This document shows positions 20,101 through 28,096 of a DNA stretch of 64,000 bases, piece by piece. The translations under genes and the position numbers were made by a program. The notes under the pieces were generated by a model. It worked only from the letters and a program-made list of their open reading frames with translations. It was not told the DNA's origin and did not search any database. The stretch lies in the NCBI GenBank assembly GCA_030632085.1, contig DAOVJY010000005.1, positions 37,476 to 101,475 of the forward strand, in the 5' to 3' direction. The first letter of the stretch is position 1. Every line of letters starts with the position of its first letter. This DNA is from Candidatus Omnitrophota bacterium. GTDB taxonomy: Bacteria; Omnitrophota; Gorgyraeia; JAGLLT01.

Positions 20101-21605
20101 TGTTGGCCAACGGTCTTGGCCGCTTGAGGTGTTGATATCGAAAGGTTTTTAAAAACCCAGTTAGCGTTATTATTACCTGAATCGGTTGACGCATAACAGG
20201 TTGTTGTATTGGTGTTGGCATCCGCGTCTTTTACATCAACGAAGCTAACCGTCTGGCTGCCGTTAGGCAAAGTGATGTCCCACTTATTACCGGCTGAGGT
20301 TGAACGCAGGGTAACTAAACTTCCGCTTGTTCCGGTTAAGGTTAGGATGTTATCTACCGTTTGGGTGGTACCGACGGTAAAGTTAATCTGTTTGTTGGAC
20401 GTGGTACAGCTTAAGTTATAAAATGTAGAGCTTCCCGAAACAACTGAAGTCTGAGCGCTATCATCAAAGACAACCGTACCGCTTGAGTGAACGAACGCGC
20501 CGCCCGAACGAGCAAAGTTACCGGCAACATTAAAGTCGCCGCTTGGAGCGGTTAATGTGCCGCCGGAAATAACAACATTACTGTCGGCATTTATCGTGCC
20601 GTTTAGCGCATTCAATGTTCCACCGCTTACGGTAAGATCGCCGCTGGTTTTCAAATTTGAAGATGTTGTAAATGTTCCCGCCGAAACTGATAAAGCGCCA
20701 TGGTCAGTCGTTCCTGTCTCGAATTGATTTGAGATATTCCAGCCGCCTCCGGTCAGGCCGCTTAAATCTAAGGTGCAGACATCGCATTTAAAGGTTCCGG
20801 ATGAAGTAAATGAACCTGTATAACCACCGGTTACAGTAAAATCCCCCTGGTCTAAATCAAAGGCGTCAAGAATGCAAACGTTGTTCGTGGCGTTAAAGAT
20901 AACATCGTCGTCTGCGGCCGGGGCTCCATCTCCTACCCAGTTTGCCGCTGTAGTAAAATTGCTATTACCTCCGCCACCATCCCAGACATAAGCATCTGCA
21001 GTAAGTGAAGCATCATCAAACTTACCGGTTTCACTGACCGCAACGCTTCCAAATATAACCCTGACCTTAGCTGTATTTGCGGGGGCGGTTCTGGTTAAGG
21101 TTTTCTGAACCCATGAGGTAGTTACAGTAATGGTGATTTCATCGTTGGATATCTCAACGTCGCCGCTGTCAAACCAGATAAGCTTCATATAGAAACTGCC
21201 GGCGAGAACGCCGGCATCTCTTAATGTCCAAAGCGTATAAGTATATTCAACCCCTTCTGCCGCATTAACCTCCTGATAGGCTTCACCTGTTCCGCCAGCT
21301 ACGAAATCAGCCATAGCCATGCCATAGGTGCCGCTATGATTAGCCCAGTTTTCTCTTTGAGCACAGCCCGATCTTGTCCAGTTATCAGCGTCGGGGCCAA
21401 GTGGTGCAGGATTCTCAAAACCAGGATTTAACAGCAGGTTTCCTGTTGCCGCATAAATATTACCGGGCGCGAACAACAAAAACGCCCCCGCCAAAAATAA
21501 AAAGATGGGAACAATCCCCATCTCTCTTTTAATAGAAAACGCACTCCTAAAATAAGTTACTACCCTTAACAAGCGCCCGACAATCATTCTGCTTCCTTCC
21601 CCCAA
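14160..21605 (-). CDS. Giant (2481 aa) secreted multidomain surface protein: CBM-like N-terminus, Gly/Thr-rich beta-helix-like repeats, Ig-like and SdrD-B/CnaB-like domains, C-terminal beta-rich region and coiled-coil tail
   Basis: Continuous ORF; likely true start at the internal MGIVPIFLFLAGAFLLFA signal peptide; DUF11-like segment (VTYTVTIKNIGSTDVKNV); CnaB-like TDKNGRYHIPAVRPGRHLL. Contains in-frame repeat-derived low-complexity segments (see findings). Confidence 0.6.
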   Translation of the reverse strand: MGEGSRMIVGRLLRVVTYFRSAFSIKREMGIVPIFLFLAGAFLLFAPGNIYAATGNLLLNPGFENPAPLGPDADNWTRSGCAQRENWANHSGTYGMAMADFVAGGTGEAYQEVNAAEGVEYTYTLWTLRDAGVLAGSFYMKLIWFDSGDVEISNDEITITVTTSWVQKTLTRTAPANTAKVRVIFGSVAVSETGKFDDASLTADAYVWDGGGGNSNFTTAANWVGDGAPAADDDVIFNATNNVCILDAFDLDQGDFTVTGGYTGSFTSSGTFKCDVCTLDLSGLTGGGWNISNQFETGTTDHGALSVSAGTFTTSSNLKTSGDLTVSGGTLNALNGTINADSNVVISGGTLTAPSGDFNVAGNFARSGGAFVHSSGTVVFDDSAQTSVVSGSSTFYNLSCTTSNKQINFTVGTTQTVDNILTLTGTSGSLVTLRSTSAGNKWDITLPNGSQTVSFVDVKDADANTNTTTCYASTDSGNNNANWVFKNLSISTPQAAKTVGQQPTIRGSSGAGDTVTIKGTVGAAAYQTVAQVTADANGNYIVRQADYSATLAAGANNIRADVGATLGAPVNVTVVVPTTTNQVPTITSPVDGDKISSAKPALSGSGLAGQNVTVSAWDADGNLLLTDVAATVTAADGTWSIVSSSYTSSLVKGTNYLTVTVAGTASDVVSYSFTDPFGIVFDSTTNEPIANAIVTIYNQNGTLCVPGTDIAGSDLNPQTTGTDGAYSFLCANANFYITVEAPGYTYPSKKTTFSTGRVIVTGSKGEVFTVAGVIIEMDHPMDSNNLLLKIKKEANKKEAVIGDIVTYTVTIKNIGSTDVKNVFLEDRIPGGFKYVSGKAILDNIPVNPKGSTALLFDIGTVNAQTTRTLKYQLIIGSGVTQGNYENRAWARYSDETVISNKDSATVKITLDPLFDLGNLIGKVFWDKNENGYQDNVRCPTSNVGCQKGAKNGVSIREVGSMAERDGTNRENLQNNEEFSKQGIIRHDISTTESGSFSTVEHSGREGLLSQQSIYSVPLSSKGFPVRSNDLAQNSSSTSVSSGWKGEGFTESVQRNSRQNQQSNQLTKKIASDKNRKQGALSSDIGHPASINSESGIAYVRIVMEDGTVVTTDKNGRYHIPAVRPGRHLLRLDESTLPEGAYLTTDKVVVVDITNGLLAKVNFGVNTENKSYPDGHRQDTRHQSQVKIIQKKETAKPRLNVSLYPSQVISHKTQDTRQIADSVERIADRKSKKTKEGKLKADYEFRIFTNYSLFIKRWRIEILDKDTREIVKIFRGDSFNINKPVYWNGELDVRRRTSDAKASSVQHLTSNRNYVYVLIVTGKNGRQDTTKEKKLSVVSYQSSAVSSQLSKTKEEKLKNKWLKKEAAGNSLKKQTIKVEGDTLLIKNTEIFETKVINYSGDKNPVDVIYVDGKKIDADSITQNQNSEYELIIPEGEHKVFVSGTDAAGKQVTTTKKLSVNDSYLFFIAMGDAKAGYTFHSGSIEPIRHDDKYQEGFWSEGKLAYYLKGKILGKFLITSSLDTDRKQKELFRNLDPDKYYPIYGDTSTIDYQATQTQGALYLLVEWDKSSFTWGNYVIDFTDTDIASFKRSLYGAKLDYESVSKTKFGQPLTHLIAFKARAQQQAAHVEFLGTGGSLFYLKHKRVIEGSEKITIEVRDKISGLVLAAMEQDEGFDYEIDYDNGRIIFWQPISHITESDTIISNYLLNGNPVYVTVDYEYETKDKYDRGIYGGRVEQALGDYLSVGGTYVKEEQVDNNYQLAGTDASLRLGDKTTITAEYAESRSKELSSYISTDGGLSFSELLSDEAARGRAYGLSLSSYIIKDLGLEAYYKKVEDNFSSISTAQEQGKELTGGKLTYNLTDNTHIALRHDTQELIDGGNAQSSLQVGANKTQTTSAQITHKLEKLKFTGEYRHQKAEGVIAAYESESNADIDLLALKADYKLTEDVILSLGQQTTLKGETNNQTTAGIQTKINENLTLRAKQALGTKGAATNLGASYNITDKLEVLGDYAIGRFGSSSTDNSFSLTTRAKGDEGDEIYHTYTVSHDELEGKKYSQVTGTKRKFENGMEFKMEEEKSLLEGEKTNTNILGLSGDINDKAAGFVQFERGEVQNLDGTQTKRNAISLGGSYVDNDWFKASSKLELRVDKSRENARQYLSYNALELKPNENTTLFAKANLSQSDNTTADTRQGLYQEFSLAAAYRPVTCDKLNFFSKYTYLRNDSPSSQDDYENIEEEKAHVIAAEGAYDLSRKWQLVEKVALKMTDERVTGFDFTESQTFLSVNRLNYFVDNNWKIGAEYRFLKQKQAKDYKQGALLEISRQIGPYAELGLGYNFTDFNDDLTHLDYTSHGPFIRVTGKFYDRSEREKDKSKEKQLRKDIDKWAFERAEKNDILIKELNSQLKKAKQLQKDGYLKEARLLYAQVYNQARALYIQEKDYVKEKVCFERELKEQDELAHKYCREGRLEDARKLWQNIINEIQRSGEK
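17560..18000. repeat. Composite short-repeat block inside the giant ORF
   Basis: Degenerate tandem 7-mers (CAGCTGA, TCTTGTG, CGCTATC), palindrome CGTCGGACGTCCGGCGTCGGACG (17711-17734), and reverse complement of the TAGAGCG-GTAGCGGATAGG core seen at 36991, 54697, 56738 and 58590. Confidence 0.45.
18347..18797. mobile_element. Inverted-repeat-flanked ~450-bp insertion carrying the four-helix-bundle gene (MITE/IVS-like)
   Basis: Ends GGATGTCCGATGTCCGACG (18347-18365) and GACATCCGACATTCGACGTCGGG (18771-18793) are near reverse complements; the insert interrupts an SdrD-B-like domain yet keeps the host frame open. Confidence 0.4.
18398..18754 (-). pseudogene. Four-helix-bundle protein gene (TIGR02436 / 23S-rRNA-IVS-protein / Avd-like) with in-frame TAA at codon 33, embedded in the giant ORF in another frame
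   Basis: ATG at 18752-18754 with AAAGGAG RBS; translation MEYQFEKLEVWQKGMELTEKIYKITKNFPNKE*FGMISQLQRAVVSVPLNIAEG... carries the family's NIAEG motif; frame offset +1 from host ORF. Confidence 0.6.
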
Positions 21606-21656
21606 GGATTTTGTTTTAAAGCCTTTAAATATTTATCTGTATTAATTACTCTTTAA

Positions 21657-21923
21657 TTACCTACCCATAATTTTTTTTAATTTTTCAATGTCACTCTCGG
21701 TGTATTCGCGCCAGCCATTAACACCATTTCTTCTCGGCTGCGGGAAAACCCCGCTTTTTTCATAACGAAAAACGGTTCTCTTAGAAACTCCCAGGAACTT
21801 CACAGCGTCGCTAATCCTATAAATTTTTAAAGGCTTTAAAGATAATAAATTCTCACCCTGATAGTTTACCATAATTATTAGCAAGTATACACGATACTGG
21901 CAGGCTTTGTCAATGGTTGGCAC
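21657..21923 (-). CDS. Small HTH DNA-binding protein (excisionase/MerR-type HTH_17-like)
   Basis: ISDAVKFLGVSKRTVFRYEKSGVFPQP helix-turn-helix; start is probably an internal Met. Confidence 0.4.
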   Translation of the reverse strand: MPTIDKACQYRVYLLIIMVNYQGENLLSLKPLKIYRISDAVKFLGVSKRTVFRYEKSGVFPQPRRNGVNGWREYTESDIEKLKKIMGR

Positions 21924-22066
21924 GATTTAATAACATCAAAACATGCGCATATTTTTATATAAGCCAATTTTTTAATAAAGCAATATGCCGATTAGCGGCT
22001 TGAGGTATCAGAAAACAGGTGGGTTACATAAGGTACAGATAACAATAAATTATGTACCTATCGTAA

Positions 22067-22921
22067 CTATTTGGTAAGGATTTTGATAAGACGATCAAGG
22101 TCTCTGTTGCTGTAATAATCAATTACTATTTTACCTCTTTTTCGTCCTTTGATGATTGAAACTTTGGTGCCAAGATTATTTCGGAGACTCTCTTCCGCGG
22201 CCTTTAGGTAGGAATCAACTTCTTTGACTTTTTTTGGCTTTGTTCCGCTTGCGGTATGTTTTTTAACTAATAACTCCGTTTCTCTTACGGATAAGCCTTT
22301 TTTTGCAATATTTTCAACAAGTATTATTTGTTTGTTCGCGCTCTCGATGGAAAGTAAGGCTCTTGCGTGCCCCATTGAAACTGTTCCACGTGAAACATAA
22401 TCCTGCACTACAAGCGGTAACTTAAGCAAGCGTAATGAATTAGCAATCGTTGATCTGTTCTTGCCTACAGCATCAGAAACGTTTTCTTGAGATAAGTTAA
22501 ACTCATTTATAAGGCGTTCGTAAGCGTGGGCTTCTTCTATAGCGTTGAGCTCCTGCCTTTGTATATTCTCAACCAAAGACAACTCTAATGCTTCTTTATC
22601 CTTAACGTGCCTAATAATAACAGGTGCCTTTGCTTGCCCCAGCTCTTTAAGTGCCCGATACCTTCTTTCACCTGCTATTAATTCATATTTTTGCTCTCCC
22701 GCGCCACTTCTTAAAGGGCGAACAATTAAAGGCTGTACTATTCCCTTCTCTTTTATCGATGAAACAAGCTCTTCATGCTTGGAGGCATCAAAATTCATTC
22801 TTGGCTGAAATCTGCCCGGCTCAAGCAATTTAATGTCAACTTCTTTTATTGTCTGTTGAGAGCCTTCTGCTTTTTTGGGTATTAAGGCCTCAATTCCCCT
22901 TCCAAGCGCTTTCTTCTTCAT
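22067..22921 (-). CDS. parB: Chromosome partitioning protein ParB
   Basis: ParB/Spo0J box GERRYRA, HTH region, adjacent to parA and parS. Confidence 0.9.
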   Translation of the reverse strand: MKKKALGRGIEALIPKKAEGSQQTIKEVDIKLLEPGRFQPRMNFDASKHEELVSSIKEKGIVQPLIVRPLRSGAGEQKYELIAGERRYRALKELGQAKAPVIIRHVKDKEALELSLVENIQRQELNAIEEAHAYERLINEFNLSQENVSDAVGKNRSTIANSLRLLKLPLVVQDYVSRGTVSMGHARALLSIESANKQIILVENIAKKGLSVRETELLVKKHTASGTKPKKVKEVDSYLKAAEESLRNNLGTKVSIIKGRKRGKIVIDYYSNRDLDRLIKILTK

Positions 22922-23178
22922 GTTAGGTCTCCGTAGTTATTAACAAATTATTCAACTAAACAATATTTGTAGTTGCTCTCATAAATAAAAAAAGGCTTAA
23001 CACAAATATAACAGCCAGTGCAATTGCTAAACAAGCAAGGCCATTGCCCTTTCTATTATTCAAAGACGTGTCGCGAAACGCTAAAACCGCAAACAAAAAG
23101 GCGAGCACGGCCTTCTCTGTACCCAGAAACTGCACATAACAACTTAAGCCTAAAAGTAGGGCAGCTATAGCAAAAGCA

Positions 23179-24021
23179 CTAGTCTCTTGTGTCTGGCGAG
23201 TCAAGAACTTCCTCCTGAGCTAATTGTTCATAATCACTTTCAATTGAAGCAGTTACGTCCATATTTCTTTGTAGAAACTCTTCTGTTAGCTCTTTATACT
23301 TCTCCGCCCCCACCGAACCCTTATCATACAAAAGGACCGGCTTTCCAAATCCGGGCGCCTCGCTTAACCTGATGTTTCTTGGAATTACGCTTTTAAAAGT
23401 TTTTTCCGGAAAATGTTTTTTGATTTCATCAATTACTTCATGTGTAAGCTTAGTTCTAAAGTCAGCCATAGTTAAAACAACCCCGACAATTTCTATTGCC
23501 GGATTTAAATTATTCTTTACTAAATCTAAAGTATTCAACAACTTACTCAAGCCTTCAAGTGCGTAATATTCACACTGCAACGGCACCAAGACCATGTCAC
23601 ATGCGGTTAGAGCATTTATAGTTAAAAGTCCCAACGAAGGAGGCGTGTCAATAATCGTATAATCATACCTCCGCTTTGCCTCTTCGAGAACTTTTTTAAG
23701 CTTGTATTCTCTTGCAATTGTTCCCACGAGTTCCACTTCGAGACCGGTTAAATCAATATTTGAAGGAATGATAAATAAATTAGGTAGGTGTATGTTCTTA
23801 ACGATGTTGTTTAATTTTGCCTTTTCGAGCATTAAATCATACAAGCTCTCTTTTACGGTTTCCTTGTTAACACCTATTCCGCTAGTCGCGTTTCCTTGCG
23901 GATCCGCATCAACAATAAGTGTTTTTTTGCCCGCAAAAGCCAAAAAAGCGGCAAGGTTGATGGCGGTTGTGGTTTTCCCAACTCCACCTTTTTGATTACA
24001 TATGGTTACTATTTTACCCAT
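23179..24021 (-). CDS. parA: Chromosome partitioning ATPase ParA/Soj
   Basis: Deviant Walker A KGGVGKTT; conserved ParA architecture. Confidence 0.9.
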   Translation of the reverse strand: MGKIVTICNQKGGVGKTTTAINLAAFLAFAGKKTLIVDADPQGNATSGIGVNKETVKESLYDLMLEKAKLNNIVKNIHLPNLFIIPSNIDLTGLEVELVGTIAREYKLKKVLEEAKRRYDYTIIDTPPSLGLLTINALTACDMVLVPLQCEYYALEGLSKLLNTLDLVKNNLNPAIEIVGVVLTMADFRTKLTHEVIDEIKKHFPEKTFKSVIPRNIRLSEAPGFGKPVLLYDKGSVGAEKYKELTEEFLQRNMDVTASIESDYEQLAQEEVLDSPDTRD

Positions 24022-24245
24022 TAAGTTTGTTTTGTTTCACGTGAAACATTTTTTTGAGGCTCCTTAAGAGAAACCTTAACTTTGGCTTGTTTTGACCCCT
24101 TCATACCAAAAAGGCCCTTGTTGCCTTCCACCAAAACTTTTACTTCTACGCAATCACGCTCAACTCCAAGCTTGAGGAGTGCTTTTTTTATCGCATCTTT
24201 AACTGTGACGCCTTCAATATCAATAGACCTCATCTTTCTATTCAT
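24021..24245 (-). CDS. Small Jag/KhpB-like RNA-binding protein
   Basis: Position directly downstream of yidC as in the canonical yidC-jag arrangement; short KH-like fold sequence. Weak sequence evidence. Confidence 0.4.
   Translation of the reverse strand: MNRKMRSIDIEGVTVKDAIKKALLKLGVERDCVEVKVLVEGNKGLFGMKGSKQAKVKVSLKEPQKNVSRETKQT
24033..24048. promoter_or_regulatory. parS centromere-like site
   Basis: Exact 16-bp palindrome TGTTTCACGTGAAACA matching the canonical parS consensus, immediately upstream of parA. Confidence 0.8.
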
Positions 24246-25897
24246 TATACATCCACCAATATTGTTTTTTCAAGCTTTTTTTGTATTATGAAGTGAGCCA
24301 GAGCCATTAAAGCGGTATTGACCGTCCAATACAACACCAACCCCGACGGCAGGCTATAAAAAATAAATCCAAAAACTATCGGCATCATAATCATCATTTT
24401 TTGTTGTTGCTGTTCCTGGGGGCTCTTTTCACCACTACCGCTCCTGGCACTCATGGATATTTTCTGCTGAACCACCATCGCAATCATCATTAATACAGGA
24501 AGCAGATTAAAGTTGTCGCCCAAAATAGGCAGCGTTCTGCCAAACGAAAATAATGCGTCCGGCAATGACAAGTCCTTTATCCATAGAAAGTTAGAACCTT
24601 TTAACATGGGAGATCTGGCCAGCGTCACATATAGAGAAATAAATATGGGCATCTGTAAAAGCATGGGTAGGCAGCCGCCCATAGGGTTTACATTGTGCTC
24701 TTTGTAAAGCTTCATCATCTCTGCCTGTAATTTTTTCTGGTCAGCTTTGTGTGTTTCTCTTAATTTTGTTAGGTGAGGCTGAACGGCCTGCATGTGCCTC
24801 ATTGACTTAACGTTTTTATATGTAAGGGGATACGTAAATATGTTTATTAAAATTACAAGGAATATGATTGCAACTCCGTAACTACCTGTTAAATTATAAA
24901 AAAAAGTTAATACTTTTATCAACAACTTACAAACAACATTTAACTTCCCATAATTTACAGCTTCGCCCATGCCGAGTGGCACCAGGTTTTTCTCCATCGT
25001 GGGGCCGGCATATAACATATACTGATGAACCGCCTCTGATCCACCCGGAACAATTACCGATTCAACGCCAGCACCTAAAGACCAGTCGTCTTGGTCCTTT
25101 GAGGCACCTTTGGACCACGATAAATATGTATAACTTATGTCCTGGCGTGGTGTTATGATGGCTGAAGAGTGTGTGTTTCTTAAAACGGCCCACTTGGGAT
25201 TTTTAGCAAAATTATATACTTCCCCGCTTTTGGCGGCTTTTATCGCGTCTTTTGTTTTAACCCACAATAAATTTTTTCCATCATAGCTTCCCGCGTTTAA
25301 AAAACGCTTGTCCAAAACTGATGAAAACTGCAGATTAGTTGCTGCTGCCAGATCATACGAAATAACTTTGTCGCTCTTTGATTTATTGGAGAAAGTGATA
25401 TATAACTGTATATCATAGTTAGAGTTAGAAAAAATAAATCTTTTTTTAATTTCTAAATCTTTGTTGGCTTTGCTTATTAATGTAACTTCGTTTTCTGTAA
25501 TTTCAACAATCTTAAATTCGACAAGCTCTTCGCTTGAGCCCTTTAAAATCAGCTCCAGGGTTTTTAGAGCGTTTGGGCCCGCTAGCAGCAGGGGTTTTTC
25601 TGAAAACCCAGCATCACCATTTCCTTTAATCCAGAGCTTATTTATCCCCGCGCTGGCGGTGGATAATTCCGCCTTAAGAAAAGCCGTTTTAATTTCAACT
25701 ATCTTTTCATCGCTCTTCTTTCTTTTTGCTGTTTTTTCTACTACCGGTGACTTAAGGGGCTCTACGGCCGTTTCTTCGGCCACCCTTTCGTTTGTGCTTT
25801 TTTTAGCCGGTTTATTTGTAGGCGTTAATAATGAATAAGCTCCCAAGATGGCCATGATTAATACAATGGCTGCTATAAATCTTTTTTGATCATTCAT
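24245..25897 (-). CDS. yidC: Membrane protein insertase YidC
   Basis: N-terminal TM, periplasmic domain, conserved C-terminal TM core (GGCLPMLLQMPIFISLY). Confidence 0.9.
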   Translation of the reverse strand: MNDQKRFIAAIVLIMAILGAYSLLTPTNKPAKKSTNERVAEETAVEPLKSPVVEKTAKRKKSDEKIVEIKTAFLKAELSTASAGINKLWIKGNGDAGFSEKPLLLAGPNALKTLELILKGSSEELVEFKIVEITENEVTLISKANKDLEIKKRFIFSNSNYDIQLYITFSNKSKSDKVISYDLAAATNLQFSSVLDKRFLNAGSYDGKNLLWVKTKDAIKAAKSGEVYNFAKNPKWAVLRNTHSSAIITPRQDISYTYLSWSKGASKDQDDWSLGAGVESVIVPGGSEAVHQYMLYAGPTMEKNLVPLGMGEAVNYGKLNVVCKLLIKVLTFFYNLTGSYGVAIIFLVILINIFTYPLTYKNVKSMRHMQAVQPHLTKLRETHKADQKKLQAEMMKLYKEHNVNPMGGCLPMLLQMPIFISLYVTLARSPMLKGSNFLWIKDLSLPDALFSFGRTLPILGDNFNLLPVLMMIAMVVQQKISMSARSGSGEKSPQEQQQQKMMIMMPIVFGFIFYSLPSGLVLYWTVNTALMALAHFIIQKKLEKTILVDV

Positions 25898-25915
25898 TCC
25901 TTAGTCTCTTTTCTT

Positions 25916-26161
25916 TTATTTTAGAGGATCGTATCCGCCCGCCGAAAAAGGATTGCATCTTACTATCCTTTTTACTGCCAACAACAAACCTTTGCTCAAT
26001 CCATATTTAGAAATAGCTTCGGTGGCATATTGACTGCAGCTGGGATAATATTTGCAGCACGGTGCTTTAAACGCTGTTAAATAGCGTCGATAAAACATTA
26101 TTATCAGCAAAAGTATTTTTTGAAATAGGCTACTAAATTTATTCATATTGCAGACAAACAA
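25916..26161 (-). CDS. yidD: Membrane protein insertion efficiency factor YidD
   Basis: YYPSCSQYA...RCNPFSAGGYDP motif characteristic of YidD. Confidence 0.85.
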   Translation of the reverse strand: MFVCNMNKFSSLFQKILLLIIMFYRRYLTAFKAPCCKYYPSCSQYATEAISKYGLSKGLLLAVKRIVRCNPFSAGGYDPLK

Positions 26162-26200
26162 CGAGCGCCTTTATAACGCCCGCCACTTTTATTTTTCATT

Positions 26201-26338
26201 TTATGCCGCTAGTTTTTTTCGGCCTTTTTGTCTTTTGGCCTTAATTATTTTTCGGCCGTCTCCGGTCTTCATTCTCTTTCTGAAACCGTGTTTTCTTTTT
26301 CTTTTCTTGTTTGATATTGGCTTTAAATTCTTTTTCAT
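26201..26338 (-). CDS. rpmH: 50S ribosomal protein L34
   Basis: Not in ORF track (45 aa). Minus-strand translation [45 protein letters not shown] matches the L34 pattern (KRKRxHGFRxRM...GRK). Confidence 0.85.
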   Translation of the reverse strand: MKKNLKPISNKKRKRKHGFRKRMKTGDGRKIIKAKRQKGRKKLAA

Positions 26339-26546
26339 AGTGCAACGATTATAACATAGTATTGTTTTAAGTCAAGTTTTTTTGCCTTATGTTTTAATGG
26401 GGATGCGGGGAGGTATAGTAAGTGTTTTTTTTATTTGAAAATTTTTCTTGAATAAAGTATTTGTTTTGTTATAATGCAACAAGATGGCAGGCATTAGCGC
26501 GTGTGGCCTGTTAATAACTTGTGGAAAACTTTAAAAAATTTTTAAT
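26339..26546. promoter_or_regulatory. oriC-associated region upstream of dnaA with dnaA promoter and DnaA-box-like sites
   Basis: Sigma70-like promoter TTGAAT(26448-26453)-16 nt-TATAAT(26470-26475); box-like TTTTCCACA (rc of 26520-26528) and TTATTAACA (rc within CTGTTAATAACTTGT). Gene strand switches from minus to plus here. Confidence 0.5.
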
Positions 26547-27893
26547 ATGTCAGAACTTCTATCAAAAGATATTTGGACTCAAGTCAAGGCTGTTCTAAAA
26601 GATAAGCTAAACCCTCAAAGCTTTAATGTTTGGTTTGCGCCTACAAAATCACTTTCATTAGACAATAACGTTTTGCGCGTAGAGGTTCCCAATAAGTTTT
26701 TTAAAGATTGGCTCGAGGAACATTATAGCCAGATAGCAACTCAAACCCTAAGCGCCTTAGCGGGCAAAACTTTGGATGTCGTTTATATTATCAGTAAAAG
26801 TAAACCTATTTGGCTTGATGATGACGCTCCTAAAACAGGCAGCCTCATTAAAGACAAAACGTCAGCGCTTAACGCCTTTAACCCTAAATATACCTTTGAT
26901 AACTTTGTTGTGGGCGCTTCAAATCGTTTTGCTCACGCGGCCGCGCTGGCCGTTTCAGAGCGTCCTGCTGAAGCATATAACCCTCTTTTTTTATATGGGG
27001 GTGTCGGCTTAGGAAAAACCCATTTAATGCAGGCGATTTGCCACCACATTTTAACTAAAAATCCTCAAATCAAGGCTGTTTATTTATCAAGCGAAAAATT
27101 CACCAATCAATTAATTGATGCTATTCAAAAAGGAACAACCCTAAAATTTAGAGAAAAATATCGTAATGTGGATATTCTTTTGGTAGACGATATTCATTTT
27201 ATTGCCGGCAAACAGAGCACCCAGGAAGAATTTTTTCACACATTCAACGCTCTCCGAGAAGCGCACAAGCAAATCGTTATTTCAAGCGATAGGCCCCCAA
27301 AAGAAATTTCCACCCTTGAAGAAAGGCTCGTTTCTCGCTTTGAGGGGGGATTAATAACCGATATACAAGCACCTGATTTTGAAACCCGGATAGCAATCCT
27401 AAGGAAAAAAGCTGAAAAGGAAGTTATTAACGTTCCCAACGAAGTCACCGCTTTTATTGCTGAAAAAATAGATAGTAATATTAGAGAATTAGAGGGCGCT
27501 TTAATAAGGGCCGTAGCCTATGCTTTATTAATAGGCGAAGAAGTAACCCTTGATTTAACTAAAGAGGTTTTAAAAGACACTCTGGCTGCCGGGCAAGAAA
27601 AAAGAATTACAATTGATTTAATACAAAAAAAAGTTGCCGAGTATTTTGATGTTAGGATTTCAGATATGAAAATCAAAAAAAGAACTCAAGCTGTTGCTTT
27701 TCCTAGACAAATTGCTATGTATTTATCTAGGGAGCTAACTGATAATTCTCTTCCGGATATAGGTGAAGCGTTTGGGGGCAAAGATCATACAACCGTTCTT
27801 CACGCTTACAAAAAAATATCTAAGCTTATATTGGAAGATGTGGATAAAAGAGCTACTATTGATAGGATAACCTCTGAATTAAAGAGGCATTAG
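26547..27893 (+). CDS. dnaA: Chromosomal replication initiator protein DnaA
   Basis: AAA+ Walker A GGVGLGKTHL, Walker B LLVDDIHF, C-terminal DNA-binding domain. Confidence 0.95.
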   Translation: MSELLSKDIWTQVKAVLKDKLNPQSFNVWFAPTKSLSLDNNVLRVEVPNKFFKDWLEEHYSQIATQTLSALAGKTLDVVYIISKSKPIWLDDDAPKTGSLIKDKTSALNAFNPKYTFDNFVVGASNRFAHAAALAVSERPAEAYNPLFLYGGVGLGKTHLMQAICHHILTKNPQIKAVYLSSEKFTNQLIDAIQKGTTLKFREKYRNVDILLVDDIHFIAGKQSTQEEFFHTFNALREAHKQIVISSDRPPKEISTLEERLVSRFEGGLITDIQAPDFETRIAILRKKAEKEVINVPNEVTAFIAEKIDSNIRELEGALIRAVAYALLIGEEVTLDLTKEVLKDTLAAGQEKRITIDLIQKKVAEYFDVRISDMKIKKRTQAVAFPRQIAMYLSRELTDNSLPDIGEAFGGKDHTTVLHAYKKISKLILEDVDKRATIDRITSELKRH

Positions 27894-28096
27894 CTGTTAA
27901 TAACTTGTTAATACTTTCTGTTTTTTTTGTTTGTTACTGTTTTCTTGTTAATTAAAGTTACAAACTGTTATTGTTTTGTGGATATTTTATTGATGTAACT
28001 TATTATTTAATAGTGAGTTATAATTATATACACATATTCACAACGTTATGATTATTACTATTAATTTATTAATAAATATATAAAAGGAATAATGAT
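27894..28096. promoter_or_regulatory. dnaA-dnaN intergenic oriC segment (AT-rich, DnaA-box-like sites)
   Basis: AT-rich ~200 bp; ATATCCACA (rc of TGTGGATAT near 27975-27985) is 8/9 to TTATCCACA; second copy of CTGTTAATAACTTGT at 27893-27907. Confidence 0.5.

Noticed and set aside
22956-23204. 82-aa ORF in the parB-parA gap, overlapping the parA start
   Set aside because: Overlaps the parA start codon region, has no recognisable motif, and the gap more likely holds regulatory sequence.
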